Positions 24,800-37,819 are shown, counted from the first letter of the stretch. The stretch is 64,000 bases of DNA from Takakia lepidozioides (GCA_030704615.1 CM060731.1:1984001-2048000), one strand, 5' to 3'. Notes: a model not told the origin generated them from the letters alone. Translations and numbers: made by a program.

Positions 24800-26231
24800 T
24801 CACGATGGACAGTGAGTTCTTGGACAGCTTTGTCTCCAAACATTGAGTGGATGCTAACCAAGGTGAGATTGAAGGTTGGGTGCAGGCGGACACACCAACA
24901 AGTATTTCAAAAACTTATAAATAGGACTTAAAATGTCCATGAGATACAAAGAGGAAAAAATAACCTCTATGAAAAGTGCCATGCAGGCTGATTCAGGAAG
25001 ACACTGCTTCGGGAAATGGAAGAAGAGAAAGAAAGGTTGTAGAAGCTAGCCCAAGAGGGGCAGACTTAGCCATAAGCAAAAAGGTAGCGAGAAGCTACAT
25101 CTAGATAGCGCAAAAAACCAAGAGCCAACCTAGAAAACCCAAAGGAGCTTAAGGCATATGTTTCTCGAGGCCCAGGGATCTATTATCAGCTAATACTACC
25201 ATAAGAGAGTTGGGCCCGAGTCTTGTCCGTCTTAGAAGACCTTTTATGCCTCCAATTGACCTCCGAGTCTTCACCACCTACTGGAGATCGCATAGTGCTG
25301 AGGGAGCTACCAGCCTTGTGGGAGAGCATCGCACCAGGTAATTCTGGAATCAGATTCCCTTGTACAGAGCCGTCCACCTTTGCCCCATGTTCCATCAAAA
25401 TCTTCAAGCAATTGGGCTCTTCTCCTGTCGCCGCATCTGCGAAGAGCTACCCCAAAAACCAGCCAAGCCTTGCGAGCTTCGGACATCAAGTCTGAGTGAG
25501 ACTTACAAAGAATTGTGGAAGCATTAAGGTTGCAGATCCTACAAGAAGGGGGAGCATCCGGAAGGTGGCTAAGAATAGGTAACACCCGATTGACAAGCTT
25601 CCAGAGGAAGCCAGAGATCTTGGCTGCCCTGTCTTTGCGCCAAACATCCTTCCAAATAGATTTCAATGTGGTGGGGTAGCCAGACAAATGCAACCATTTT
25701 TTAGTCCACTTAGCATCTAGAGAGATGACTGGATTCAGCAAAGAGTAGCCCATCTTGACAGTGTAAGCAAAAAAGGGAGAGCGGCTATTATCAGCCCAAA
25801 CCCATTCCCCCGGATCAAATTACAGTAAGGAGAGGGGAGCTATTAAAAACCAGAGCAGCCTGGGGTTGGTGTGACCCCCATTGTCAGCAGAAGGGTTCAC
25901 AACACCTGAAGCCATACAGAAAACACGGATGGCAAAAAGGGGGGCCTCCAACACAGAATCCATTTGCGGGGAATGCAGGAAACCAGATGAGAAAACTTGA
26001 AACTTCCAGCCATGCAGGAAATCACCCTCTTTGAACAAGGCAAAAAAGGCAAAACGATTACTAGCGTCCCCCCCCCCCCAAGGCAGACAGAGAAAACACA
26101 TCTATTAGCTGGAAAAGAGGCAAGGAAGATCCACGAAACAGAAATGTCGCCAGTAACCACATCCCACCCAGCTCTTAACCTTCGGGTGGAGAGAGCAGCC
26201 CCCGCCTCCGTCGGAGGGAGAAGGCCTCCAT
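24800..26231 (-). mobile_element. Second, shorter fragment of a related LINE (3' part)
   Basis: FDPGEW.W, PFFAYTVKMGYSLL and KISGFLWKL are shared with the C-terminus of the 19599-23630 LINE. Confidence 0.85.
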
Positions 26232-29027
26232 CCTATTTTATTTTCTATAAAAAGAAAATAAAGTGACTGCACAATTGACGGCCGCTTCTTTTTTTAATTC
26301 ATGGGAAACTCATGCAATGAGAGAATATAGGACGTGCACGTCCTGGATGGCTGCTTCTTTTTTTATTTTAAAAAACTCTTGCAATGCTGAGAAAATAACC
26401 TGAGCGTAGCGCGTTCATTCGTTGGACGACACTCCTTTCAAAAATGGAAGGAAAATGAAAATAAGATAAATATTTCAAAAACTCATGCAATGTGAGAATA
26501 CAGGACGTGCGCATCTTGGTCAAAGGTCGATTGTTTTTTAAATAAATTAAAAGAAAAACAATTTTTTTTAATAAATAGAAAATAAATTGACCCTCACAAT
26601 TGACGGCCGCTTCTTTTTTCAATTTAAAAAACTCATGCAAAGCTGAGAAGCTGGTTGTATTGATTGTTCCTCCACAAACAATTTGATGATTTGATTTGAT
26701 GATTTGATGATTGCGAGGGTTGCAAAGCGTCATTTGCAGCCAGAAGAACACCGACAATTTGTAGGGCAATGTCCGGGCAGCGAAGATGCAGAAGGTGAAA
26801 CATTGTGAGCGGTGATGAGTTTTCAATGCTTGCATTAAAATCCGTAATCATTTTATCACTGTTCATACGGATTCCATCATTTGAAGTATACTCGGTCCGA
26901 TTGCCATTGTTATCTAGATGCTCAGAGTCGAAGACCCAGCTACCCCTTCGATCGTTGGGTTGTCTCCGGAGGATGGTGGAACACATGCAGTGGAGGTATC
27001 TCTTGTGCAAACCTCTCCATCAAGGGTGGGCACGAAAGGTCTCCCGTCGTCTTATGTTGGAATCCCTCAGCATCAGAGCAGTTGAACATTACTGAGAATC
27101 GGGTTGAAGTCTTTGGAGAGAATGATATCACCGCAGATGCGGAGGCACTAGCAAGAAATCCTCCGGAGGCTTTTGAGAGAACTCCACTCAAAGAGAAAGG
27201 TTTGTATCTATTCTTCACCTTGCTCTCCTTACAATTGAATGTAGGTTGTTTTTGTTCTCTATCGTCGATCCTCATGAAATTGTTTCAAATCAATTGTAGG
27301 AGCGCGTGGCGCGGGGTCGAAGAATCTCACGGAGGTGTGCTCTCTCATTCCACTTTCTCACTTTACATCAATTGGCATCGTCTTGCTGTCTCTAACGAGA
27401 CGTCGTTCTCTTTCAGCGGCGAAGAAAAGATGCAAGAAGTAGAGCCCGAAAAAGAATCACGAAAGAATCACTCGACATACAAAGTCCCTAGCACTCACAG
27501 CTCGTGTAGAGCCGCTGCGCGGCGCTGAGACACGTAAGAAATGCGCTGTCCCCTGGTCCCTTGAGGAAGCGGACGGACCGCTAGATAATCGCTCGGACCG
27601 GGCTATGGCCCTGCGGTCTGCCGCACGGACCGGCCCACGCTGCACGGTGCCCCGCCACGTGGCGGAGGGCGCGGGGTTAACCAGTGGGCAAAGACCCCGC
27701 CCAAAAAGGGGAGGAATTCTAGACCTTGGGCTATTACCTTTTATACCCACCCCCCTTGAGTTTATGTTGCTTGCTATGACAAGAGGATTGGATGGAGAAA
27801 TTGTAGGATTTTGCATTTAGAAGCTCCGACCGAGGGCTTCGTAACAAGCCATCACTCTCGAGGTAGAGAACTTGGTGGTATCCCGGCACGAACCGAGATA
27901 ACTTTAGGTCAAGAGAGGAGCTAAACTACTCTGGCCGGAAATTTAGGCTACAGTGACTAGCTAGGCATAGAAGATGACAAGTTCCATGAGAGGAGGCGTG
28001 TTTTGGGGATATTAATTTATGTTTTTTGGATACCACGTGGTTGAACCAGGCCTGGACCCACCAGTGCCTTAGTTTAATGGAAGGGAGGCGCAGGTTTTGG
28101 AGGTGAGGGACGGATGACAGTGGAAGAGGCCCGTCATCCCCGCCATTCATCCACGTGGCGGTTCCCTCTGTGCAGGAACAGTTCCCAAACGCTCCCACAT
28201 TCCCACCAGGTTATCATCAGATTCCCGCAGTCCCCTGGACATTCCAAAGGGATCAGCGAGATCCTTTGGAGATTCCCCACCTTTGGGAAATTTTTTATAC
28301 TTTTTTCATTTTTTTCATTTTTTCTGAAGGTTTCCTGCCATATTTTAAGCTTGAAATTAGCTAAATTGGTCCAGGTTTAATTGTATGCCTCTTTGGAGTG
28401 GAAATTGACTTTCCAAAGGGATTGGGCCCTTCCCAGGGGTGTTCTCGAAATCGAAACACTCGGGAATTGAAGGGGCGTGGGAAGAGAAAAGCCTCTTCCT
28501 CCCTAAATTTGGGAGTCGCCTTGTGAAAGGATTACGAATAGGTCCCGGCTATAGGCGTCTCGGGAATTTAGGCTAGTAGGAACATTTAGAAAATAAAACC
28601 AAGACTTGGAAGGCAGTTACGAGAATAAATTGTAGCAGTTCCGTAGGACTTAGTAAACGCAAACTCGTCCTGTGAAGATGGGTTTTTAACTCCTCTTTGC
28701 CGGTAGGAAATAGTTAATGTCAGTCACTCCCATCTACGACCACGGACCCCTTGCACTAACCGCAGTCGGGTAGGCGGTTCAGTGAGCCCAACCTACATCG
28801 CGACTTGCCACGACCCCCCTAGCTAAATATGTCGTCACCCTGACCGCGCGCGCTCAGGGCTCGTCAGTCTCCACTGCTAGGCTGCCCGTGAAACTGTATA
28901 AAACTAGGATTTCAACTCAGATTAGGGATGTGATCAGGGTATGGATTATCTGGGAAGAGCAATATTTACTTAACATTTATAATAAACTTAATAAAATCAT
29001 TTTAATTTGTTGTCATAGTGCATTTTT

Positions 29028-29031
<4 letters not shown>

Positions 29032-29059
<28 letters not shown>
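29032..29059. repeat. (TA)n microsatellite
   Basis: Direct read of the sequence. Confidence 0.9.
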
Positions 29060-29062
<3 letters not shown>

Positions 29063-29190
29063 CCTAGACTTTGGAAAGAAATATCCTACACTAGACTATT
29101 GCATCTTCATCAATAATCTGGTAAAAACATATTGAACATGCATAATCCACTGGCATGAATGTTACTTGATTTGTGTTTTCACTCATGCAG

Positions 29191-29900
29191 GCTGGTGGAT
29201 ACAGCTGTCAAGACATGACGGAGTTGCAAAGGTGTATCGTAAAAAACGTGGAATGCCTGAAAGTGCACTACGATTGCACTGTCCGTGACTCAGATGGCTG
29301 CATTGTGCAGTTTCATTATGGAGAGGATGGCATCGATGTCTGCAAGAACAACCACCTCACACAATTTGAAGTGTTGGCAGCTGTGAGTCTCTATCTATCC
29401 CTTCGGGGCTAATACTCATTGTGCTTGATAGTCAGCCTTATTAGTGAAGGGCAGTCCTTATCCTTCCTCACCCCTCTTGCCTCCAATCTGTTCCATTCAA
29501 ATTTGGCTGTGGTCTATGCCACAAGTCTGTGGGAGCAGAGTCCATGTTATGAGTTAGGAATCCCTTGCTGGAGACAATATCCATTTAAATTATACGGATT
29601 GCTCAATGACTTATTTCAATAAGTGGGGCTTGATCTTTTTCTCCATGTGGGATGCTATGGCTGCAGAATCAAGAGCTAGTGTCCATCAGGCTTGGGAAGG
29701 ATAAATTGGACCGACCACGTTCTAACTGACAGGGTGGGAAGTCAGTGCACAAGTCACTAGAGGTTGTGTCTGAGGCCTTCGCCAACAAAGTGGAAGATTT
29801 CATCATAGAGGTCTCAAAATCAAGGGCAGACAAAAAATGAGTGCATCTTAGAAAGCACAAGAACAGCGATGACTTTAGACATCTCATGGGACTGAAGTAT
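29191..29900 (+). pseudogene. NRPA1: RNA polymerase I largest subunit fragment: two exons (29191-29382 and 29667-~29900) with the GT-AG intron retained
   Basis: [49 protein letters not shown], then gtgagt...cag, then NQELV. Stops and a deletion fall in the conserved bridge-helix region. Confidence 0.85.
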
Positions 29901-30265
29901 GCTGCAATTAAATTTCGATACGCTCAATACATGGGCTACCAACACAGACATGTCTTCTGGCCACGTCTATTTCCCGCACCAAACTGCCCTCTATGCTCTC
30001 ACACCCACCAGGTTAGAGACACATGGCCGCATCTTCTGAGCCAATGTACCCACCCGGTCATCCATGGTCTACATATAACCCATCATAACCAGGCAGTTTG
30101 GCGCATCCACAAACTCCTTATGCAACGCTCCGAAACCCAATGATTCTCACTCGTCAATGTAGGCACCTACCAAGGTAACCTCCAGACCATACTGTCCCAA
30201 CATGACTACTCCCATGCCTGTGCCCGCGCTCTCCTTGTACCTGTCCTGCTAGGCTATGCCCTGAC

Positions 30266-30901
30266 TTTAGGGGGGTCGCCGTACTTAAACGACCCACAAA
30301 TGAGCTCTCATTTCCAGCAACATCTTTGGCGCTGGTATAAGAGACTTAAGTAATCAACTTTTTGTGTTTAGGCTTATTAATTCGCGATCGCGATAGCGAC
30401 CCCCGAGGAGTCGGCCCGTCGCTTTCATAGAGTGACCCTCTGGGAGTTGCTTTTCCATTTTCCATTTTACAAAGAACAAATCTGAATAGCGACTCCCTGG
30501 GCGTCGCTTTTTGGTTGTAATATATATATATAATTAAAGAGGGAACCCAGTCGCAAAAAAACCGCATACAACGACCTCTCAAGGGTCGCTTAACTGGACC
30601 GACCTCAGAGGGTCGGTTTCAAAAAGCGACCCGAAAAAAAAAAAAAATTGGAAGCAACTCTTTGGGGGTCGCTTACCAGCGACTCCCCAAAAACCGATGT
30701 CGTCTGTGTCGCTTACATTGACCGATCTCAGAGGGTCGCTTTCAGAAAGTGACCCAAAAAAGAAAAGTTCGCAATAGTGACGCATGTGGGGTCGCTTGTT
30801 GGGACTTAGCCCGCGATGTTGGAAAAGCGACTTCTCGGGCGTCGCTCGCTCAAGCCCGCGATCATTGTGGGCGTCGTTAGACCCCCTTAATCGCAGTAGT
30901 G
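30266..30901. mobile_element. CACTA terminus with a dense subterminal repeat array
   Basis: Many agcgac(c/t)c and gggtcgct motifs in both orientations. Ends in cccccttaatcgcagtagtg. Confidence 0.8.
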
Positions 30902-31429
30902 ACATGAAGCCATCATCTATTCCTGTTGCTCCTCAGGCATCATAGAATCCCTTAAACATTGTTTGTTGTTCTATCACGCTCCAAGCCAAAATCTGGCCCT
31001 TAGTCAAAGTGTTTTACCGCCACTGGAACCCCTCAAATATCTCCTCTCTCGATCTTCTCCTCAACTATAATCGCAGCGTAGCTACGGCGTGAGCCTGGGA
31101 GCTGAGCTCACGCTTCAGGGAAGCGTGAGCGGCACAAATGTGCTGGAGAAGCAGGCCCTATAGGCGAGGATTGCAGGAAGAGTACCTATTACTGTGGACA
31201 AACGTGGACAAAACAAAGGGGCCACCATGCACCATGTCTGCACAAAAAGAGGAATATGAACATATGGCAAATTTGAGCTCAAAATGATTGTCACACTTTA
31301 TTTCAATTCACAGATATACACCTGTTTGTGCCCCCATGGTTCCGCGAATGAAATGTATGTGGTTGTCCTACATGCAAAGACTCCACACGATAAGCTGGAA
31401 ACCAGCACGGGAAGTGGGCATGGCTCGTT

Positions 31430-31830
31430 TTGTTCACACAGAATCTGGCGGAGCCCCACGGCAGGTGTCCCGCTGCAGAAGAGTGATGACCTCTCCATAG
31501 CCTAGTGTGGCTTGGTGAATGAATTGGTCTCTCTTACTGTCGCAACACATAATTATAAGGTATATGTAATATTGATGCTTGCAAGGGACCCACTTCCCTG
31601 TCATGCCGAGAGCGCCCTCACGCATCGTTACAAAATCCGGACAGGTGCACGAAGGGAAATTCCCCACGGTAACCTAATATTCTTTGCCATGAAGAACTGA
31701 GCCAGTAGACAACACTGTGTAAATCCGTCCATACCCCGGGGGCGGGACTTCGGTGATACGTGTCACCCGAGCCTGCAAAATTCTAGCCGATTCCATCTTG
31801 TAGTCGTGATCTGCACCCGAAGCGACACAG
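31430..31830 (-). pseudogene. SWIM zinc-finger transposase C-terminal fragment
   Basis: PSCTCPDF...WVPCKHQYYIY...FIHQATL, paralogous to 58170-58490. Confidence 0.8.
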
Positions 31831-33869
31831 CGCACTGTTTTTTCATGGCCTACCCATCAATACCCAGCCACCTACCTCCCAATCCCCACATATCACCATC
31901 TATTTTGTCGAATTCACATACTGCCATGATCGTTACCCCACCTCCTCTATTTTAGAAAAACGACAAAAGTATGCATCACTTATCCTTGCTCTCCGTCGCA
32001 TGGGTTGGAATACCCCCTCTCTGTTATTACGGCCGGCACTCGAGGTGGTATCCACAATGCTAGCATAGCGGCACTATACGATAACTTCCATATCCCGATA
32101 TCCCATATCCACAAATGCTTTAAGGCAATTCACCTCACAGCCCTCCGCTCTCTCATAGCCATCATTATAAACAAGCGGAAACTAGAGTCCAACCCACTCT
32201 CGGTCCCATAGTCCTCCACAATACCTCAGGTACCCATGGGTACCCTCCGGGGTACCTGACATACCCCTTGGTACCTCCACCCTCAGGTCCTGGTGTCCCC
32301 TGGATACCTGAATTACTTATAGGGCCCACGCCCGAAAGGGGGCAATAGCCGCAATGTGAAGTGGCTCTTAGTTACGCCGGCCTCGGCCGGAGTCTTCTCT
32401 CTCTCTTTCTTCTCTCTCTGACTGCCCACAGGGTGGACTCAAAAGTAGATGTGACTCGTGGGCTGATATACTAGTGCAAACTGGATGTGATAGAGGTGAC
32501 CCATGGGCCGGTGCAGTACTAGTGCAAAGTGGAGGTGGGGGGATTGCAAATGCATGAGCGCATGAGCATGAGCGGAGTTTTCCGAACCTCTCCCGAACCT
32601 ACACCGAACCACAATGAAAACCCAAAATGGAGCTCCCCGAAGTTCCCACGTGTGGAGGTCGGTATACATAAACGCGATAATTTCAAACTTGGTAAGAGGT
32701 AACAGAAATAGGGGGTAGAAAGCGTATAACCGTGCCCGAATCTTGGGTGTTATAGTCGCCACAGACTATATGTGGCATGCGAAATTGGGGGGAAGAACGT
32801 CTTTGAATTGGGTCCATTACAATGTGGCGAAAGTAAGTTGGTTATTATTATAATCGGCACCGACTATGTGATCCCATTTGGGAGAACAACATTTACAAAA
32901 TTATGAACTACGTAGATGAGCGAAGGTTTTGTGTAGTCGGCACAGACTATAGTCGGCACCGACTTCCACTACAACAAATCTTGGCTTTTAGGTTTGCTAT
33001 TTTGCAATCGTATAAGCCTTTTATGACTGCATGAGCCCAGTCAGTTGTGACAAAAAAGTCGTAAGCGCCATAGAGTCGTACCTGTCAGTCGTGGTGCGTG
33101 GCAACGGGAACGCCTAATCAGAGTCATAGATCATACTGTAATATATGACTGCTAATCCATGTCAGCTTCACGTGGAGCAGAAGGGATATGCCACATGTCA
33201 CGATAATATGGGGGCGATAGGGTCTTCACGACTGGCATATATGACTTCTGCAGATTAACCCCAGGACAACCCGTGGAGCAGACTGGACATGACACGTGGC
33301 ATGACAGTGTGAGGAGAGGGTGTCTTCCAAGACTGGCATGTATGACTTCCGCTGATTAACCCCAGGACCACACATGGAGAATATGGGACATGACACGTGG
33401 CATGACAATATGGAGCGGGAGGGTCTTTCGTGACTGGCATGTATGACTTCGGACGTTTAATCCCAGGTCCACACGTGGAGTCAAATTATGCAGGATGGGG
33501 GTGGTCGTTATGACTGGAACATATGACTTCCATGGCGCACTCTGGATACTGCACGTGGCACAAGTATGGGCGAACACGAGGGGTGAAAGTGGCACAAGGG
33601 TGGAGGCTCTGTGGATGGGAGGTAGTCATGTACATGACCGTAGTCATGGGCCTGACTCTAGCAGCATTGAAACATGAAAGCACCATTGAAAACACACAAA
33701 AACACCATTGAAACATAAAAGCACATTTGAAATTGGAACATCGATTCAAATACAACGTGACTTAATGTTCAGAGATCCATTCCATAATCTAATCCGGTGC
33801 TGCTACAAAAATGTACAAAGCTGCAAGTCTACGTAGACTTCCAAATGCCTGAGCAGAAGATGCATACAC

Positions 33870-34700
33870 TGGCATTTCTCGGACTTCAGCAATCCTAACA
33901 TATGGCAGATGATGCACTCAAAATTTGGGGCGGTCAAACACTCATCCCTTCACTTTCTGGATCTTCACAAACTTGTCACTCCAAACTGTAACATGATCTA
34001 CAGTGTCTCCCAGCTTTGTGTGCGCTGGCTTCATGGACTTGTTGTGATACGGTAGAGGGGCGTTGGTGAGTATCACCTGTGTGATCGTGATGGCCATATA
34101 CCCTATAGGCACCATAGGGTATCCTTCACTCGCTGAAGCTCTTTGTAGACCAACAATATGGCCTGATCCTGCTGTTCCCTCGAAACCGTGTCGATAAGCC
34201 GGACTTGGTCAGGTCCACCTTCAACTGCCATCCATCTCAAAAATTGCAAGAAATGCCCAAGCATGCTCTTTCAGTCAATATCATAGCAACAACAATATAG
34301 TAATCTGATTCACAAAGGAACATCGCAAACAAAGTGTCAAAGCACTTGTGCACAAATCGAAGTGGGGCATATGAAAAACAGGATGATGGAACCCTTACCC
34401 CATTCAGGTAGTCAAAGACTGAAGGTTTGGGAGTTGTCTTGCTACTGGCAACACCACTTCTGCCCCTTCAACTGGCGCAGATTGTTCGTGGCCAGGTACC
34501 TACACCCAAGAACATATGCTCCACACATTGGACTGGGTTCCACAAGTACCACTCACAAATGAATCCTCGATAAGCCAAAGCACATAAGTTCCAGCAATAG
34601 AATCATCTTACCTGTAATGCCCTTTGGCCAGAGACTTGTCTAATACCGGCAACAACCTGCACAGACAGAGCATACACTACACCTTATATCGGAGATTCAC
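33870..34700 (-). pseudogene. CACTA second-gene (TnpA-like) C-terminal exons
   Basis: YMAITITQVILTNAPLPY...TKLGDTVDHVTVWSDKFVK resembles the LP..TLGDA....V.W motif of TnpA-like proteins. Small GT-AG exons lie upstream. Confidence 0.5.
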
Positions 34701-35708
34701 CAAGCTATTTGCAGGTTAGAGCGATAGTGCTGGAAAATGCGAGTAGTCCCCCTTACCAGGATAAAGATGAACATACCAGGTTGGGTTTACTAGAGCTAAA
34801 GCTACACACAAACTTAAAATAAAACTAGACAAAGTTATGTACACACCATAGGAGGCATTCACACAGTGTCGCGGCCCTTTGCCTTGAGGGAAGGGGGTCG
34901 GGACACAAGAGGGGCTGCCCCTGTGGTGGGGGCAATGGCAACAATAGATGCGGGGGCTGAAGCACCCTTGAGTTCCCAAAGCACTCAAGGAGGCGAAGGC
35001 GCTCACTAGGTGGAGCCCCGCACACCGGGTTGCGGTGGGGGTGGTTCCACGAGGGGTGGTGGTAGCTTAGTGGGTCTTAGTGGGGGTGACATAGGACTCA
35101 TCATGGGGCGGAAAGCTTGTGGTGGGAGTCGTGGGGAGTCTTGGGACTCATCACGGTCCAATGGGGCCATGGTGGATGGGCCAAGACTCACCGCGACTCA
35201 TCACCGGGAGTCGAGGAAACCCCCGCGGACAATCACAGAAGTATATATAGGGAGTAGTAACCCCAAGAACGGTGCAAGCCCGTTGGTGACCAAAAACTAG
35301 TGAGTAAGCGTGCGAGCCGGAAAGCGTCAAAGGTGTGGGGAGCTGTTCCGGACTGCCAACATCCAAAGGGAATTTCCACTAGGCCCAAATTGAGATAGGG
35401 TCTTGTGGAGGAATAAAGGGGGACCATTATGTCCCGGTGAGCAGCCGAAGCTCCGAGTTGGCCCGGTGGCCAGTTTGGGAGTTAGGCGCGCGCATCAAAG
35501 CGGGTAACTATAACTTGAAGGGGAGCTTACCGAAGTGAGGTGCGCGACACTTGGTATCAGAGCTTAGAGTTCAGTATGCGATCGTCCTTGGGATCGGCCT
35601 CATCATGGGGTCGGGCAAGCCAAAGCGAAAGCGGAACGGCCCAAAAGATAAAGATCGTGGTGAGCCCAATGAGGGCGACGTGTCATCGACCTTCAATTTG
35701 AAGAGGGG

Positions 35709-37097
35709 ATGCATGCTTTTGAAAGCGAGGCCACTCAAGAACGGGAGGAATCTGGAAAGTCGGAGCCCGAGGACTTCCCGAGGGCTCCAGCAGACCAACC
35801 GATACCTCCCATGCCAGCAGCCTTTTGGGAAGGGTTGTTGGCGCAGTTTGGCGGGACGTTGAAAGACGTGTTGAAGGCGGCTAATGCCACTTCCACTAAG
35901 GCAAAGTTTAAGGTGAAGCTTAAGGAACCCGACACCTTTGAGGGCATCCAAAATCGGAAGGTACTCAACACCTGGCTCTTGGAGCTAGAGCAGTACTTCC
36001 GGGCGGCCAAGTTGAGTGACGAGGATCGGGTGGAAGTGGCTCCCACCTATTTGAGGGGCTATGCTCAACAATGGTGGGAGAAATGCCTTCACGACCAAGG
36101 TCCAAACCCAGAAACCTTGAGCTGGAGTGGGTTCAAGGTACTTATGAAGAGACAGTTTGTGCCCCTCAACGCGTCCTGGCTCGCCCGGGACAAGATGAGG
36201 AATTTGAAGCAAACGGATGACATTCGGGGATATGTTCAGGCTTTCAATGTGCTGTTGCTCGAAGTCGCGGACATGGCAGAATCAGAAATGGTCTTCAACT
36301 TTGTGGCGGGACTGGCCCCATGGGCCAGGCGGAAGTTGGAGGAGAAGCCACCTAAGACTTTGAACGAGGCAATTGAGAGGGCTGAATGTTTCTCGGATGT
36401 CCCCAGGGGCGAAAGACAAGGCCGTACGGAGCTAAACCACAAGAAGACTCGGCGGGAGGGTGACTCCTTCCGACCGGAAAAGAAGTGGGATAGGCTACGC
36501 GGCGACAATGGCACATGGAAATCGAAGGGAGGGCCTTCACACGTCAAGGCGACACCCGGTGCTCTGAAAGAAAAAGCAGGTGCGACGGCCTATGGTGGAC
36601 AGAATGCGACCTTTGATGGAGTGTGCTTTAATTGCGAGGAGCCCGGGCACATGGCTAAGAAGTGCGCGAAGCCCCGTCAATTGAACATGACTCGGGCAAC
36701 CACGGAGCTGTCCAAAGATACCATCAGCCGCTTGGTGGAAGCGGCGGTCACCAAGACTTGCAAGGTAGGCAACTACTTTTGTGAGTTGTATCAGGAAACT
36801 GGCCCCCTGCGTAAAGGGAGTCAGTTAATGTTCATGAGTGGGATAATTTCCAGAACTAACGTGTTGTTGTTGGTGGACACAGGAGCGTCGCACTCCTTCA
36901 TGACACCGGCAACGGCACGGAAGCTGGGGCTCCCGACAAGTGATGTGGGGGCCTCTATTGAAGTGCGTTCTGCCAAAGAGAACCACAACTGGCGACGAGG
37001 TTGGCGTTCGATGTTCCTCTTCAACTGCGGAGTTGGGAGGGACGTGAGAACTTCACCATTTGCGAGATCGATGGAGTGGATCTCATTTTGGGGATGA
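35709..37097 (+). CDS. Gag (retrotrans_gag plus CCHC knuckle) and aspartic protease of the outer chromovirus
   Basis: YLRGYAQQWW, LKQTDDIRGY, CFNCEEPGHMAKKC and LVDTGASHSF. Confidence 0.93.
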   Translation: MHAFESEATQEREESGKSEPEDFPRAPADQPIPPMPAAFWEGLLAQFGGTLKDVLKAANATSTKAKFKVKLKEPDTFEGIQNRKVLNTWLLELEQYFRAAKLSDEDRVEVAPTYLRGYAQQWWEKCLHDQGPNPETLSWSGFKVLMKRQFVPLNASWLARDKMRNLKQTDDIRGYVQAFNVLLLEVADMAESEMVFNFVAGLAPWARRKLEEKPPKTLNEAIERAECFSDVPRGERQGRTELNHKKTRREGDSFRPEKKWDRLRGDNGTWKSKGGPSHVKATPGALKEKAGATAYGGQNATFDGVCFNCEEPGHMAKKCAKPRQLNMTRATTELSKDTISRLVEAAVTKTCKVGNYFCELYQETGPLRKGSQLMFMSGIISRTNVLLLVDTGASHSFMTPATARKLGLPTSDVGASIEVRSAKENHNWRRGWRSMFLFNCGVGRDVRTSPFARSMEWISFWG

Positions 37098-37819
37098 CCT
37101 TTTTGAGCAAATCAGGAGCGGTCATGATGGCCGCAAGAGAGTAGTCACGCTACCGTGTGGGAATGGTGGCGAAGTTTTACGAGTGTCGGAAACGCCCAAC
37201 CCAGTGCACTAGAAGAGAAACCGGCTTTTTCCACGGCTTTTTCCACACTTTTTGCTGTGGAATCAGCCGCAGTCCACACCTGCCGTGGGTGTAAGAAACG
37301 ACTAGTGCTTTCGGACACCTCGTGGACGGCCTGGCTCTTGGGTGGCCCTGTGGAAAAGTCCACGGGTGGCTTTTTCCACATGTGGCTTTTTTCACGGGGT
37401 GCATGGTGACATGGCAGAATGTGAAAAAAGCCAGTGTGGCATGTTTCACGGCAGATTTCACACCTTGAATAAGCCACTATGCGACACGTGTCATATTTCA
37501 CACATTCAACAAGTCACTATGCAACACGTGTTCGTTCCTGTGTGGTGGTACGCATTAATTAATTATTAATTGATTTCTAATATTAAGTTTGAATATTAAT
37601 GGATTTAATTTATTGTTATTATTATGATGATGATGATTATTATTATAGGGAAAATGGACAGTGGCCTTGATGAGAACATTATTAAATAACAAAATATTGA
37701 AATTATGTTTTTAGAAATTATATTTATTCGCTCAGATACTAAAACACACCCTTTGCAGGGAAGGAGAGTTTGCCTTAGTGTCTATGCTGAGTTGCGTCTC
37801 CTACTCTCTGTAATCTAAT

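Larger units (their letters stand above)
19060..26650. repeat. AT-rich ~265-bp tandem repeat array in four blocks (19060-19598, 23631-24078, 24649-24800, 26232-26650), split by insertions
   Basis: The marker gtgac(c/t)g(t/c)acaattgacggccgcttc recurs near 19185, 19451, 23747, 23976, 24767, 26262 and 26587. aaaaactcatgcaatg occurs twice per unit. Confidence 0.85.
29905..32420 (+). mobile_element. 3' remnant of an RLE-bearing LINE (Dualen/RandI-like), split by a 30266-31837 insert
   Basis: CPLC..DTWPHLLSQC...HHNQAV and ARLCPD (~30245-30265) resume as FVEFTYCHDRYP..KRQKY..ITAGTRGGIH, with a stop at 32211. A 3' UTR and CT-rich tail follow. The clade call is inferred. Confidence 0.7.

Noticed and set aside
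19060-26650. CRISPR-like array
   Set aside because: The inter-repeat sequences are homologous to each other (satellite), the context is eukaryotic and there are no cas genes.
27690-28960. LTR retroelement remnant (…ttcgtaaca at 27846, complementary to tgttacga at 3197)
   Set aside because: No PBS, pol domain, paired LTR or TSD. The 8-bp match is a generic LTR terminus.
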